Source: Deltaproteobacteria bacterium
Lineage (GTDB): Bacteria; Desulfobacterota; Binatia; UBA12015
Assembly: GCA_009885395.1 (NCBI GenBank)
Contig: VFKT01000027.1
Location: 1-40,834 of the forward strand
DNA length: 40,834 bases
Direction of reading: 5' to 3'
In this document: piece by piece, positions 33,513 to 40,834 of the stretch
Position numbering within the stretch: the stretch's first letter is position 1
Layout of the letters: each line of letters starts with the position of its first letter
Position numbers and translations under genes: made by a program
The notes under the pieces: model-generated
What the model was told of the DNA's origin: nothing
Database searches by the model: none
The model's input: the letters and a program-made list of their open reading frames with translations, nothing else

Positions 33513-34729
33513 TCGACAAGGAAACCACCGACCGACCTTCGCCGCTCGCCGGAATTCGCGTGCTTGATTTCAGCCATCAGGCCGCGGGGCCCTGGGCGAC
33601 GACGCTGCTTGGCGACCTTGGCGCCGACGTCATAAAAATCGAAAAACCCGGCCGAGGTGACGCCATTCGTCATGCGCAGGGCGAGGACAGCTTCGCGGTC
33701 GGCAGCCTGAACTTCTGGGGCCTCAACCGCAGCAAGCGCGGTATTGCTATCGATATCGGGGTATCCGAGGGCCGTGATCTCATCCGGCGGCTGGTGCCGC
33801 AGGCGGACGTCGTGCTCGAGAACTTCCGCCCCGGCGTCATGGATCGCAAAGGCCTCGGCTGGGAGGATCTGCATAAGCTCAACCCGCGCTTGATCTATTG
33901 CGCCATTAGCGCCTTTGGTACCACGGGTCCGATGGCGGAGAAGCCGGGCATGGACCTGATTCTCCAGGCAACGGGCGGAATCATGGCGATCACGGGGGAG
34001 GGTGAGGGGCGCACGCCGGTGAAGGCGGGTCCGCCGGTCGCCGATATCACCACCGGCATTTATGCGGCATTGGCCGTGACCACCGCTCTCTACGAGCGCG
34101 AACGGAGTGGTCAAGGCCAGAAGGTCGATCTTTCGATGCTCGATGCGGTCATGACCATGCTCGTCGATGTTGGATTGAAGACGCGCGTCGCAGGCATCCA
34201 TTTTGGTCCCTTCGGCACCGGCCATCCCGATATCGCCCCCTACCAGGCTTTCCAGGCTCGTGACGGCTATTTTATCGTTGCTTGCTTGACGGGGGCCTTC
34301 TGGAAGCGGCTGCCGGCGGCGATCGGTCGGCCCGAAATGCTGGACGATCCACGCTATCGCGGTATGCGCGACCGTGTGAAGCATAAGCAAGAACTGGCGC
34401 GCGAGCTGCAGGATACCTTCATGCAGGATTCGGTCGGGCATTGGATCGAAGTGATCGAGGCGGCCGATATTCCGACTTGTCGGGTGAACTCGCTGGAGGA
34501 ACTTTTCGCCCTGCCTCAGCTCGAGGCGAACGAGACCTTCGTTCGCGTCGCCCACCCGACACGCGGCGAAATCGAGATCTTCAACCATCCGATCCGCTTC
34601 CGCAGCAGCCCCGCGCACGTGCGTCGCGGCGCCCCCGGGCTTGGCCAGCATAACGACGAGGTGCTGGAAGAACTTGGCATCGACGCCACTGAACGCGAGC
34701 GCTTGCGCGCCGCCGGAGCGATGCCTTGA
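33509..34729 (+). CDS. Family III CoA-transferase (CaiB/BaiF/Frc-like)
   Basis: Motifs PLAGIRVLDFSHQAAGPWATTLLGDLGADVIKIEKPGRGD, PGMDLILQATGGIMAITGE and HPDIAPYQAFQARDGYF are present. ATGA overlap at the start. Confidence 0.9.
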   Translation: MIDKETTDRPSPLAGIRVLDFSHQAAGPWATTLLGDLGADVIKIEKPGRGDAIRHAQGEDSFAVGSLNFWGLNRSKRGIAIDIGVSEGRDLIRRLVPQADVVLENFRPGVMDRKGLGWEDLHKLNPRLIYCAISAFGTTGPMAEKPGMDLILQATGGIMAITGEGEGRTPVKAGPPVADITTGIYAALAVTTALYERERSGQGQKVDLSMLDAVMTMLVDVGLKTRVAGIHFGPFGTGHPDIAPYQAFQARDGYFIVACLTGAFWKRLPAAIGRPEMLDDPRYRGMRDRVKHKQELARELQDTFMQDSVGHWIEVIEAADIPTCRVNSLEELFALPQLEANETFVRVAHPTRGEIEIFNHPIRFRSSPAHVRRGAPGLGQHNDEVLEELGIDATERERLRAAGAMP

Positions 34730-35523
34730 GCGAACCCTTCATCCGTTATTCGGTCGACGCGGACGGCATCGCCTGGTTGCTCTGGAATCGCCCGGCCGAG
34801 AAGAACGCTCTCCTGCCAGAGATGACGGACGACGCCTGCCGCCGACTCGACGAAGCGGCCGCCGACGAAAAGGTGCGATGTTTGGTCTTGTCAGGCGAGG
34901 GGGAGGCCTTTTCGGCGGGCGCTGACCTGAAGCGGCTCGCCGAGCCGGGGCGCGTCGGGCGCAATGCGCTCGAGGGCCACGCCCGCGGCCAGCATGGCAC
35001 AGCAGGCGTGCGGAAAGTGCTCGGGTTTCCGAAGCCGACCATCGCGGCCGTGCATGGCCCGGCTGCCGGCATGGCGTGCGCGTGGGCATTGGCCTGCGAT
35101 ATCGTGGTGGCCGCGCCTGATGCGCGCTTCCACTTCAGTTTCTTGCGCGTGGGTTTTGTTACCGATTGCGGCACGAGTTGGCTGCTGGTGCGACGGGTCG
35201 GCATCGGTCAGGCGAAGAAAATTGTTCTGACGAGTGATCCCGTTTCGGGGGCCGACGCTGTGCGGATAGGGTTGGCGGACGAGCTCGCAGAGGCTTCCTC
35301 AGACCTGCAGCGGGCTGGTGAGATCGCGCGGCGGATCGGCGAGCGTGCACCGCTGGCGGTGCGCGAGGCGCGGCGGATCCTGGAGTTCGCCCGGACCAGC
35401 AGTTTCGACGAGGCCGCCGAGTTGGAAGGTTGGGTGCAGGGGGCTCTTGGCGAGACCGAGGACCATAAAGAAGCCCTGCGCGCCTTTTCCGAGAAGCGCC
35501 CGCCCCGCTTTCAGGGACGCTGA
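34726..35523 (+). CDS. Enoyl-CoA hydratase/isomerase (crotonase) family protein
   Basis: Motifs GIAWLLWNRPAEKNAL, VLSGEGEAFSAGADLK, AAVHGPAAGMACAWALACDIVVAA and EALRAFSEKRPPRFQGR are present. The TTG start overlaps the upstream stop (TTGA). Confidence 0.82.
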   Translation: MSEPFIRYSVDADGIAWLLWNRPAEKNALLPEMTDDACRRLDEAAADEKVRCLVLSGEGEAFSAGADLKRLAEPGRVGRNALEGHARGQHGTAGVRKVLGFPKPTIAAVHGPAAGMACAWALACDIVVAAPDARFHFSFLRVGFVTDCGTSWLLVRRVGIGQAKKIVLTSDPVSGADAVRIGLADELAEASSDLQRAGEIARRIGERAPLAVREARRILEFARTSSFDEAAELEGWVQGALGETEDHKEALRAFSEKRPPRFQGR

Positions 35524-37139
35524 TGGGTGCGGCGGCAGAGGGCGGGTGGCCGATGAGCCGCAACTCCGTTTCGACGCTGCCCGGCTTGCTCGCGGACACA
35601 GCAAGCCGCCATGGCGAGCGCATGGCGTTGGCGTGGAACGAGACCACGCTGAGTTACGCGGAGCTGCTGCGCGAGAGCGGGCGTGTCGCGGCCGGTCTTG
35701 CCGAATTGGGCGTCGGGCCCGGCACGCGCTTTGGCGTGCTGCTGCCGAATTGGCCGGAGGTTTTCCCTCTGGTCTTTGGAGCGACACGTCTCGGCGCGAC
35801 CGTGGTCGCCCTCAACACCATGGCCACCGCCGCGGAGTTGGCCTTCTACCTTGACCATGCCGAAGTCACGCATCTCGCGTACAGCCCGCGCTTTTTGCGC
35901 CACGATTACGAAGCCCGCCTCGACGCGGTGCTGGGCGAAACTCCGGCAGTCGGTCGGCGACTGCAGGCGCGCATCGCGGTGTTACACGAGGGCATGCTGC
36001 CGCCTGGGGCGACGGCGTATTCAACTCTTGGCAAAAATGCTGCAGCGCCCCCTCCCGATGTTTCCCGGGCCGACGACCCGGCGATGGTCTTCTTCACCTC
36101 GGGCTCTACCGCGCGCCCCAAGGGCGTCGTGCACGGACATCGCGCGTTGGCGCATCAGGGCTATACGCTGCCCGTACGGTTTGGGATGGACGCCGACGAT
36201 CGGGTCTTCGGTGCCCTGCCGATGTTCTTCACCGGCGGCTTTGTCATCATGGCGTTGACCGCGTTTGCAACCGGCGCCGGGTTGGTGCTGCAGGACCATT
36301 TCGAGGCCGGAGCGGCCCTCGATTTGATGGAGCGCCACGGCATCACGGTCTACGCCGGCTGGCAGTTGGCCCAGGCCCTCGTGGACCATCCTGGTTTCTC
36401 CGAACGGCGACTTTCCCTATGCAAAGGAATCTGGTCAGACGTGGCCGCGGCACCGCTTCTGCTGGCGGCTGACCACCACACGGTGGCGGTCTACGGCATG
36501 AGCGAGACGGCGACCTGCATTTCTCAGGCTGATTTTCGCGATCCCCCCGATCTCCGCATGCGAGGCTTCGGGCGCCCTGCCCCCGGCGTCGAGATCGATC
36601 TCGTGGAGCCGGGTACCAATCGACAGGTGCCGCGCGGCGAGACCGGCGAAATTCGTGTCCGCGGCCCGTCCTTGATGCTGGGCTACCTTGGGGTTCCGCC
36701 GGAAGAGACCTTCGATGCCGACGGCTATTTTCGCACTGGTGATTACGGCCGCTTCGATCAGGACGGGACGCTGCTTTTCGACGGCCGACTGAAGGAGGTC
36801 ATCAAGACCGCTGGGGTGAACGTGGCCGCCGCCGAGGTCGAAGCGTGTCTGGCTGCGGCAGAGGGGGTGCGCTTTGCGTTTGTCGTGCCAGTGCCACACG
36901 CCGTACGCGGCGAGAATGTCGCGGCCTTCGTCGTGCCCGAACCCGGACAAGAGCTCGACCCAAACGCCCTGCTGGCACATTGCAGGAGCGAGCTCGCCAC
37001 CTATAAAATCCCGCGGCATCTCTTCCGGCTCGAGGAGGCCGAAATCCCGCGCACCGGCACGCATAAGGTAGACAAGCCCGCGCTGCGTGTTCTGGCGGCG
37101 ACCAATGCCGGCTCGGCCTTCGATCTGATCGAAACCTGA
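35523..37139 (+). CDS. AMP-dependent acyl-CoA synthetase/ligase (complete ANL enzyme)
   Basis: Motifs FFTSGSTARPKGVVHGHRAL, VYGMSET, YFRTGDYGRFDQDGTLLFDGRLKEVIKTAGVNV and the terminal PRTGTHKVDK are present. The ATG shares a base with the upstream stop. An alternative start is the ATG at 35553. Confidence 0.9.
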   Translation: MGAAAEGGWPMSRNSVSTLPGLLADTASRHGERMALAWNETTLSYAELLRESGRVAAGLAELGVGPGTRFGVLLPNWPEVFPLVFGATRLGATVVALNTMATAAELAFYLDHAEVTHLAYSPRFLRHDYEARLDAVLGETPAVGRRLQARIAVLHEGMLPPGATAYSTLGKNAAAPPPDVSRADDPAMVFFTSGSTARPKGVVHGHRALAHQGYTLPVRFGMDADDRVFGALPMFFTGGFVIMALTAFATGAGLVLQDHFEAGAALDLMERHGITVYAGWQLAQALVDHPGFSERRLSLCKGIWSDVAAAPLLLAADHHTVAVYGMSETATCISQADFRDPPDLRMRGFGRPAPGVEIDLVEPGTNRQVPRGETGEIRVRGPSLMLGYLGVPPEETFDADGYFRTGDYGRFDQDGTLLFDGRLKEVIKTAGVNVAAAEVEACLAAAEGVRFAFVVPVPHAVRGENVAAFVVPEPGQELDPNALLAHCRSELATYKIPRHLFRLEEAEIPRTGTHKVDKPALRVLAATNAGSAFDLIET

Positions 37140-37156
37140 ACCTCAGCGCGCACCTT

Positions 37157-37960
37157 TCAGCGTGCCTTCCAGTTCGGCGCTCGCTTCTCCATGAAGGCTC
37201 GCGGCCCTTCCGCGTGATCCTCGCTCTGCTCGACCACTTCGAGATAGCCGGCGGCAATTTCTTCTGCTTGCTCGATCGGCAACCCAAGTCCGCGCAGCAC
37301 ACCGAGTTTGGTGCCCCAGACCGCCAGTGGCGCGTTGCGGCAAAGCATGGCCGCGAGCTCGCGGGCCCGGTCCATCAAGGACTCATGCGTCACCACCTCG
37401 GTGACGAGTCCAACCGCCAGGGCACGCTCGGCGCTCATCCTCTCCTGCGAGCCGAGTAGTGCCATGCGGAGACAGACGGCGACCGGCACTCGTCGCGCCA
37501 TATTGACCATTTCATGCGACGAGACATAGCCCAGCGAAACGTGGGAATCGAAAAATTGTGCTTTTTCAGACGCAATCGGAATATCAGCCTCGGTCACCAG
37601 ATCGAGCGAAACCCCGTTGACCAGCCCATTGACGGCGGCGATCACCGGCTTCATCACCCCCATCCGACGCGGCGTAGGCAACACCCGGATGTTCTCGATC
37701 ATCGCCAACTCGCGAAAGCGGTCGATTTTTCTGAAGCCGCCACTCGCGAGCGATTCGACATCGGCCCCGCTCGAAAAGGCACGACCAGTCCCGGTGATGA
37801 TACAGGCCCAGATTTCGGGATCGTCCCGCACGGACGTCCAGGCCGCGCGCAGGTCGTCCTTCATGGCCTGGTTCATGGCGTTGAGCCGCTCGGGGCGGTT
37901 GAGGGTGATCGTCGCCACCCGTTGCTCAACCTCGAAAAGGATCGTACTGAATTCGCTCAT
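37157..37960 (-). CDS. Enoyl-CoA hydratase/isomerase (crotonase) family protein
   Basis: Motifs VATITLNRPERLNAM, ITGTGRAFSSGADV, AAVNGLVNGVSLDLV and EGPRAFMEKRAPNWKAR are present. It is convergent with the ligase gene across a 17-nt gap. Confidence 0.9.
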   Translation of the reverse strand: MSEFSTILFEVEQRVATITLNRPERLNAMNQAMKDDLRAAWTSVRDDPEIWACIITGTGRAFSSGADVESLASGGFRKIDRFRELAMIENIRVLPTPRRMGVMKPVIAAVNGLVNGVSLDLVTEADIPIASEKAQFFDSHVSLGYVSSHEMVNMARRVPVAVCLRMALLGSQERMSAERALAVGLVTEVVTHESLMDRARELAAMLCRNAPLAVWGTKLGVLRGLGLPIEQAEEIAAGYLEVVEQSEDHAEGPRAFMEKRAPNWKAR

Positions 37961-37963
37961 TTT

Positions 37964-38371
37964 TCAATCTCCGCAGCCAAGCTCGCGTGCCGCCGCTGCA
38001 AGGCGTTCGTCCAGTGTGCATAGCGGGGCTTGCAGACGATCGGCCAGTTCCAGGTAGGCCGCGTCATAGGCCGATATTTTGAAGCGGGTGGCGAAAAGCA
38101 AGAGCCGTTCCCGGGAAAGGGGCGTGGAGTGGTCGTGGACTCGATGCGGCAGGCCGTTGATCAACCGAAGGGCCTCGCGTCGCTGGCCTTCGTCAATTCT
38201 CTTTCGTCTTTCGGCTGAGACGAGGAGGTTTGAAACTTCATAGATCCAGAGGGCCGGGACCGCCATCGGATCATCGTCCCTCCCGATTCGATCGAGAATG
38301 GCGTCCGCCCGCAGCGAGGTCTCATCGGGCAGTACCCAGGCGCCGGCGACAGAGGCATCGACGACGACCAT
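37964..38371 (-). CDS. vapC: PIN-domain toxin (VapC-type) of a type II toxin-antitoxin pair
   Basis: It opens VVVDASV, and conserved acidic positions are present (YEVSNLL, SAYDAAYLELA, LCTLDERL). The protein is 135 aa and lies 2 nt after the antitoxin gene. Confidence 0.85.
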   Translation of the reverse strand: MVVVDASVAGAWVLPDETSLRADAILDRIGRDDDPMAVPALWIYEVSNLLVSAERRKRIDEGQRREALRLINGLPHRVHDHSTPLSRERLLLFATRFKISAYDAAYLELADRLQAPLCTLDERLAAAARELGCGD

Positions 38372-38373
38372 GC

Positions 38374-38604
38374 TTAGCGACGGCCCTCGGCGATGAGGTC
38401 GCGAATGGACTCGGGCCCGCGTTTGACCTGCTTCCGGAATTTCCGGAACGCCGCCACGTCCGGCTGCGGCGCGGCTTCCTCGGGAACACCCGAGAGCAGG
38501 GCTACCCGGCGGCCCCGCCGCGTGATGAAGATCCGCTCGCCCTTCTCCGCGAGCGAGAGTAGACGGGAGAGCTCGTTTTTCGCTTGAAAAGATCCAATAT
38601 CCAC
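38374..38604 (-). CDS. Phd/YefM-type antitoxin
   Basis: The N-terminus reads FQAKNELSRLLSLAEKGERIFITRRGRRVALL. The protein is 76 aa with a GTG start, directly upstream of the PIN gene. Confidence 0.78.
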   Translation of the reverse strand: MDIGSFQAKNELSRLLSLAEKGERIFITRRGRRVALLSGVPEEAAPQPDVAAFRKFRKQVKRGPESIRDLIAEGRR

Positions 38605-38720
38605 AAAGCTAGCTTATTGATCTGGCCTGTTCAGGGCAAGGGACGAAAGATCGATCCTTTAGGTCCCGGCACTCGTGCCATTTGACCAGGTGCCGCCCGC
38701 GTGAGAACGCCTGATGAGCC

Positions 38721-39764
38721 ATGACTGAACAGAACCAGCATACTGGAAACGCGGTGCCGACCGAGGTGCGGATCCAGACAGTGGCTCTGCTGGTGCTGGC
38801 TGCAGTCGCGCTGGGCTTTGTTCTCTACTGGTTCAAGGCTGTTCTGATCCCCTTCGTGCTGGCCGGGATGCTGGCGCTTGGCCTTCAGCCGCTGGCCGCA
38901 TGGCAGATGCACCGGCTGCGCCTGCCGCGAGCGTTGGCGGTGCTGTCCACGCTGCTGGTGGCCCTGGTCCTGCTCTGGCTGATGGTGCAGGTGGTGACGG
39001 CTTCGGTCGCCCAGCTCGCTGAGAATGCGGCCCTCTACCAGACGCAGTTCAGCAATATGCTGGCCTGGGGGCAATCGCACTTTCCGACCGAACGCTTCGG
39101 TCTGAAGGGTGCGGGCGGGCTAAGCTCCCTGATCAGTCTTCCCGATGGCTCGGTGAGCGGTCTTCTCCTTGGCACGACCAACGCCCTGCTCGACCTATTC
39201 TCGCAAGCGATGCTCGTCCTGGTTTTCCTGATTTATCTGCTCGTCGGTTGGACCGGGCGGGCCAGTCGGGGCCTCTGGGCCGAGGCCGAGGCGCGCATCA
39301 AGCGCTTTATTCTCGCCAAGGCCCTGATTTCGGCGGTGACGGGCCTTCTGGTTGGAACCGTGCTGGCGGTGCTTCAGGTTGAACTGGCGGTGGTCTTCGG
39401 GCTCTTCGCCTTTCTCCTCAACTTCATCCCGACGGTCGGTTCGATCGTCGCGACGCTGCTGCCGCTACCGATAGTGCTGCTGAATCCCGAGGTCAGCACC
39501 ACGGTCGCCGTGCTGGCGATCGTGCTGCCCGGCACCATCCATTTCGTGGTGGGAAACGTCATCGAGCCACCCCTGATCGGCAATTCGGTGGATCTGAACC
39601 CGATCACGGTGCTGCTCGCCCTCATGCTTTGGGGCACCCTCTGGGGTGTGGTTGGAATGCTGCTGGCGACGCCGATGACGGCAGTGCTCCGAATTCTGGC
39701 CGATCGACTCGAGCCAACCCGCCCGCTCGGCGATCTTCTCGGCGGCCGGCCCTCAAGCGGCTGA
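38721..39764 (+). CDS. AI-2E family transporter (PerM/UPF0118)
   Basis: It is a polytopic membrane protein with the family-typical segment FLLNFIPTVGSIVATLLPLPIVLL and the C-terminal region GVVGMLLATPMTAVLRIL. Confidence 0.88.
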   Translation: MTEQNQHTGNAVPTEVRIQTVALLVLAAVALGFVLYWFKAVLIPFVLAGMLALGLQPLAAWQMHRLRLPRALAVLSTLLVALVLLWLMVQVVTASVAQLAENAALYQTQFSNMLAWGQSHFPTERFGLKGAGGLSSLISLPDGSVSGLLLGTTNALLDLFSQAMLVLVFLIYLLVGWTGRASRGLWAEAEARIKRFILAKALISAVTGLLVGTVLAVLQVELAVVFGLFAFLLNFIPTVGSIVATLLPLPIVLLNPEVSTTVAVLAIVLPGTIHFVVGNVIEPPLIGNSVDLNPITVLLALMLWGTLWGVVGMLLATPMTAVLRILADRLEPTRPLGDLLGGRPSSG

Positions 39765-39862
39765 GCGCTAGCCGCGGAACGAGGTGAAACTTTGCTCGGA
39801 CCACCGGGTCGGGAGTTGGGTCGGGAGGAAGGGCGAGCGATCCTCTGGTTGGGGGAACAAAT

Positions 39863-40063
39863 TCACGCTCCGGCGAGAAAGCGGCGGTAGCCGGCTTCAT
39901 CGTCCGCGATCCATTTTGCGATTTGCTCTTGCGAGAGGTCGCGCGGGGGCGGCAATGCCCCATCTGCCGCATGCAAGCGCGCGGCGAGGAAGAGCAGCAA
40001 TTGTTGTTGCTGCTGTGGCGGCAGCGAGTCAGCAGCGGCTTCGATTTCCGCAAGCGGACTCAT
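39863..40063 (-). CDS. Small hypothetical protein, antitoxin-like N-terminus (orphan)
   Basis: The 66-aa protein begins LAEIEAAADSLPPQQQQQLLLFLAARL, which resembles small addiction-module-component proteins. No partner toxin gene is adjacent. Confidence 0.3.
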   Translation of the reverse strand: MSPLAEIEAAADSLPPQQQQQLLLFLAARLHAADGALPPPRDLSQEQIAKWIADDEAGYRRFLAGA

Positions 40064-40179
40064 GTGCTGAGGAGGCCTGAACCGCGGGCCGCCGGCAACC
40101 GGGAACTCTCACTCCATCGCGAGAGGAGCGCAGCGCCACCGCCGCACGGAACCGGACGCACCGCCGGCCGGCCCGAGAG

Positions 40180-40740
40180 TCAGGCGCCGCGGCGGATCGT
40201 CACTTCTTCGATCACGACATCCTTGCGGGGGCGATCCTGTGCGGCGGTGGGGACGGCGGCAATGGCATTGACGACGTCCATGCCCACGACGACGCGCCCG
40301 AAAACCGTATGCTTGCCATCGAGCCAGCCGGTCGGCACCTGGGTGATGAAGAACTGCGAGCCGTTGGTGCCGGGGCCGGCGTTGGCCATCGAGAGGATGC
40401 CGGGGGCATCGTGACGCAGGTCGGGGTGGATCTCGTCAGAGAAGCGATAGCCCGGCCCGCCGGTCCCATTGCCCTTGGGGTCGCCGCCCTGGATCATGAA
40501 ATTAGGGATGACACGGTGGAAGACCGAACCGTCATACAGGCGCTGCCTGGTGGGCTTGCCATCGGTACCGGTCCATTCGACCGTGCCGGTCGCCAGCGCG
40601 ACGAAATTGGCCACCGTGCGTGGCGCTTCGTGTTCGTGCAGCAGAATCAGGATCTGACCCATCGAGGTCTTGAACTCGGCATGCAGCAGGCCATCGCCCT
40701 CAATCGAAACGGCTGGCGCTGGTGTATCGAGATTTTTCAT
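40180..40740 (-). CDS. Cyclophilin-type peptidyl-prolyl cis-trans isomerase
   Basis: Motifs [43 protein letters not shown] and [12 protein letters not shown] are present. Confidence 0.92.
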   Translation of the reverse strand: MKNLDTPAPAVSIEGDGLLHAEFKTSMGQILILLHEHEAPRTVANFVALATGTVEWTGTDGKPTRQRLYDGSVFHRVIPNFMIQGGDPKGNGTGGPGYRFSDEIHPDLRHDAPGILSMANAGPGTNGSQFFITQVPTGWLDGKHTVFGRVVVGMDVVNAIAAVPTAAQDRPRKDVVIEEVTIRRGA

Positions 40741-40753
40741 TGGTTTCGTGTCC

Positions 40754-40834
40754 TCATGCTTCTGCCCGGTCGGTTGCTCCGACGGGCGGGTTGGAGAGTT
40801 CCTTCACGAAGGCAACCAGGCCCTCGGCGAGAAG
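40754..40834 (-). CDS. 3' end of an unidentified CDS running off the window
   Basis: The minus-strand frame is open from the window edge (…[26 protein letters not shown], then stop at 40754-56). It is too short to identify. Confidence 0.25.
   Translation of the reverse strand, partial: LLAEGLVAFVKELSNPPVGATDRAEA

Overview
High-GC (roughly two-thirds G+C by eye), densely coding bacterial chromosomal window. I support about 46 protein-coding genes. I found no rRNA, tRNA, CRISPR array, transposase or integrase. All functional calls come from motifs recognised by eye in the supplied translations; no database search was run. Many long ORFs in the track are antisense or out-of-frame shadows typical of high-GC DNA, and several track ORFs carry spurious 5' extensions that I trimmed to starts with SD-like sequences or start/stop overlaps. 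Gene order, left to right: (1) a coupled membrane protein / ABC exporter / GT-B-like trio; (2) an acyl-CoA dehydrogenase; (3) rnhB abutting a 2-oxoacid dehydrogenase E2-E3-lipB module with no E1 gene nearby; (4) a GST and glgC; (5) an iron/redox block of BFD-like ferredoxin, rubrerythrin and DUF3501; (6) a Lon-N-domain protein, a rhodanese-MoeB/ThiF E1-like enzyme and a GG-terminated MoaD/ThiS carrier; (7) a 608-bp gap with no credible ORF; (8) a crotonase and an EF-P family protein with a non-canonical loop tip; (9) membrane proteins, a DsbA-like protein and a diiron-like protein; (10) an XRE regulator divergent from a mevalonate operon (mvaD-PMK-fni-HMGR-mvk) that lacks HMG-CoA synthase and thiolase and runs by overlapping codons into a small TM ORF and a DEAD-box helicase; (11) a six-gene cassette with a start/stop overlap at every junction: two PaaK-like proteins (one with a degenerate P-loop), an ANL N-domain-only protein, a family III CoA-transferase, a crotonase and a full ANL ligase, plus a convergent crotonase; (12) vapBC, an AI-2E transporter and a cyclophilin. 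The best candidate for something undescribed is the CoA-activation cassette beside the HMGS-less mevalonate operon. Next come the long structured non-coding gap, the rhodanese-E1/Ubl/Lon-N neighbourhood and two sets of perfect intergenic direct repeats. All pathway-level interpretations are inference.
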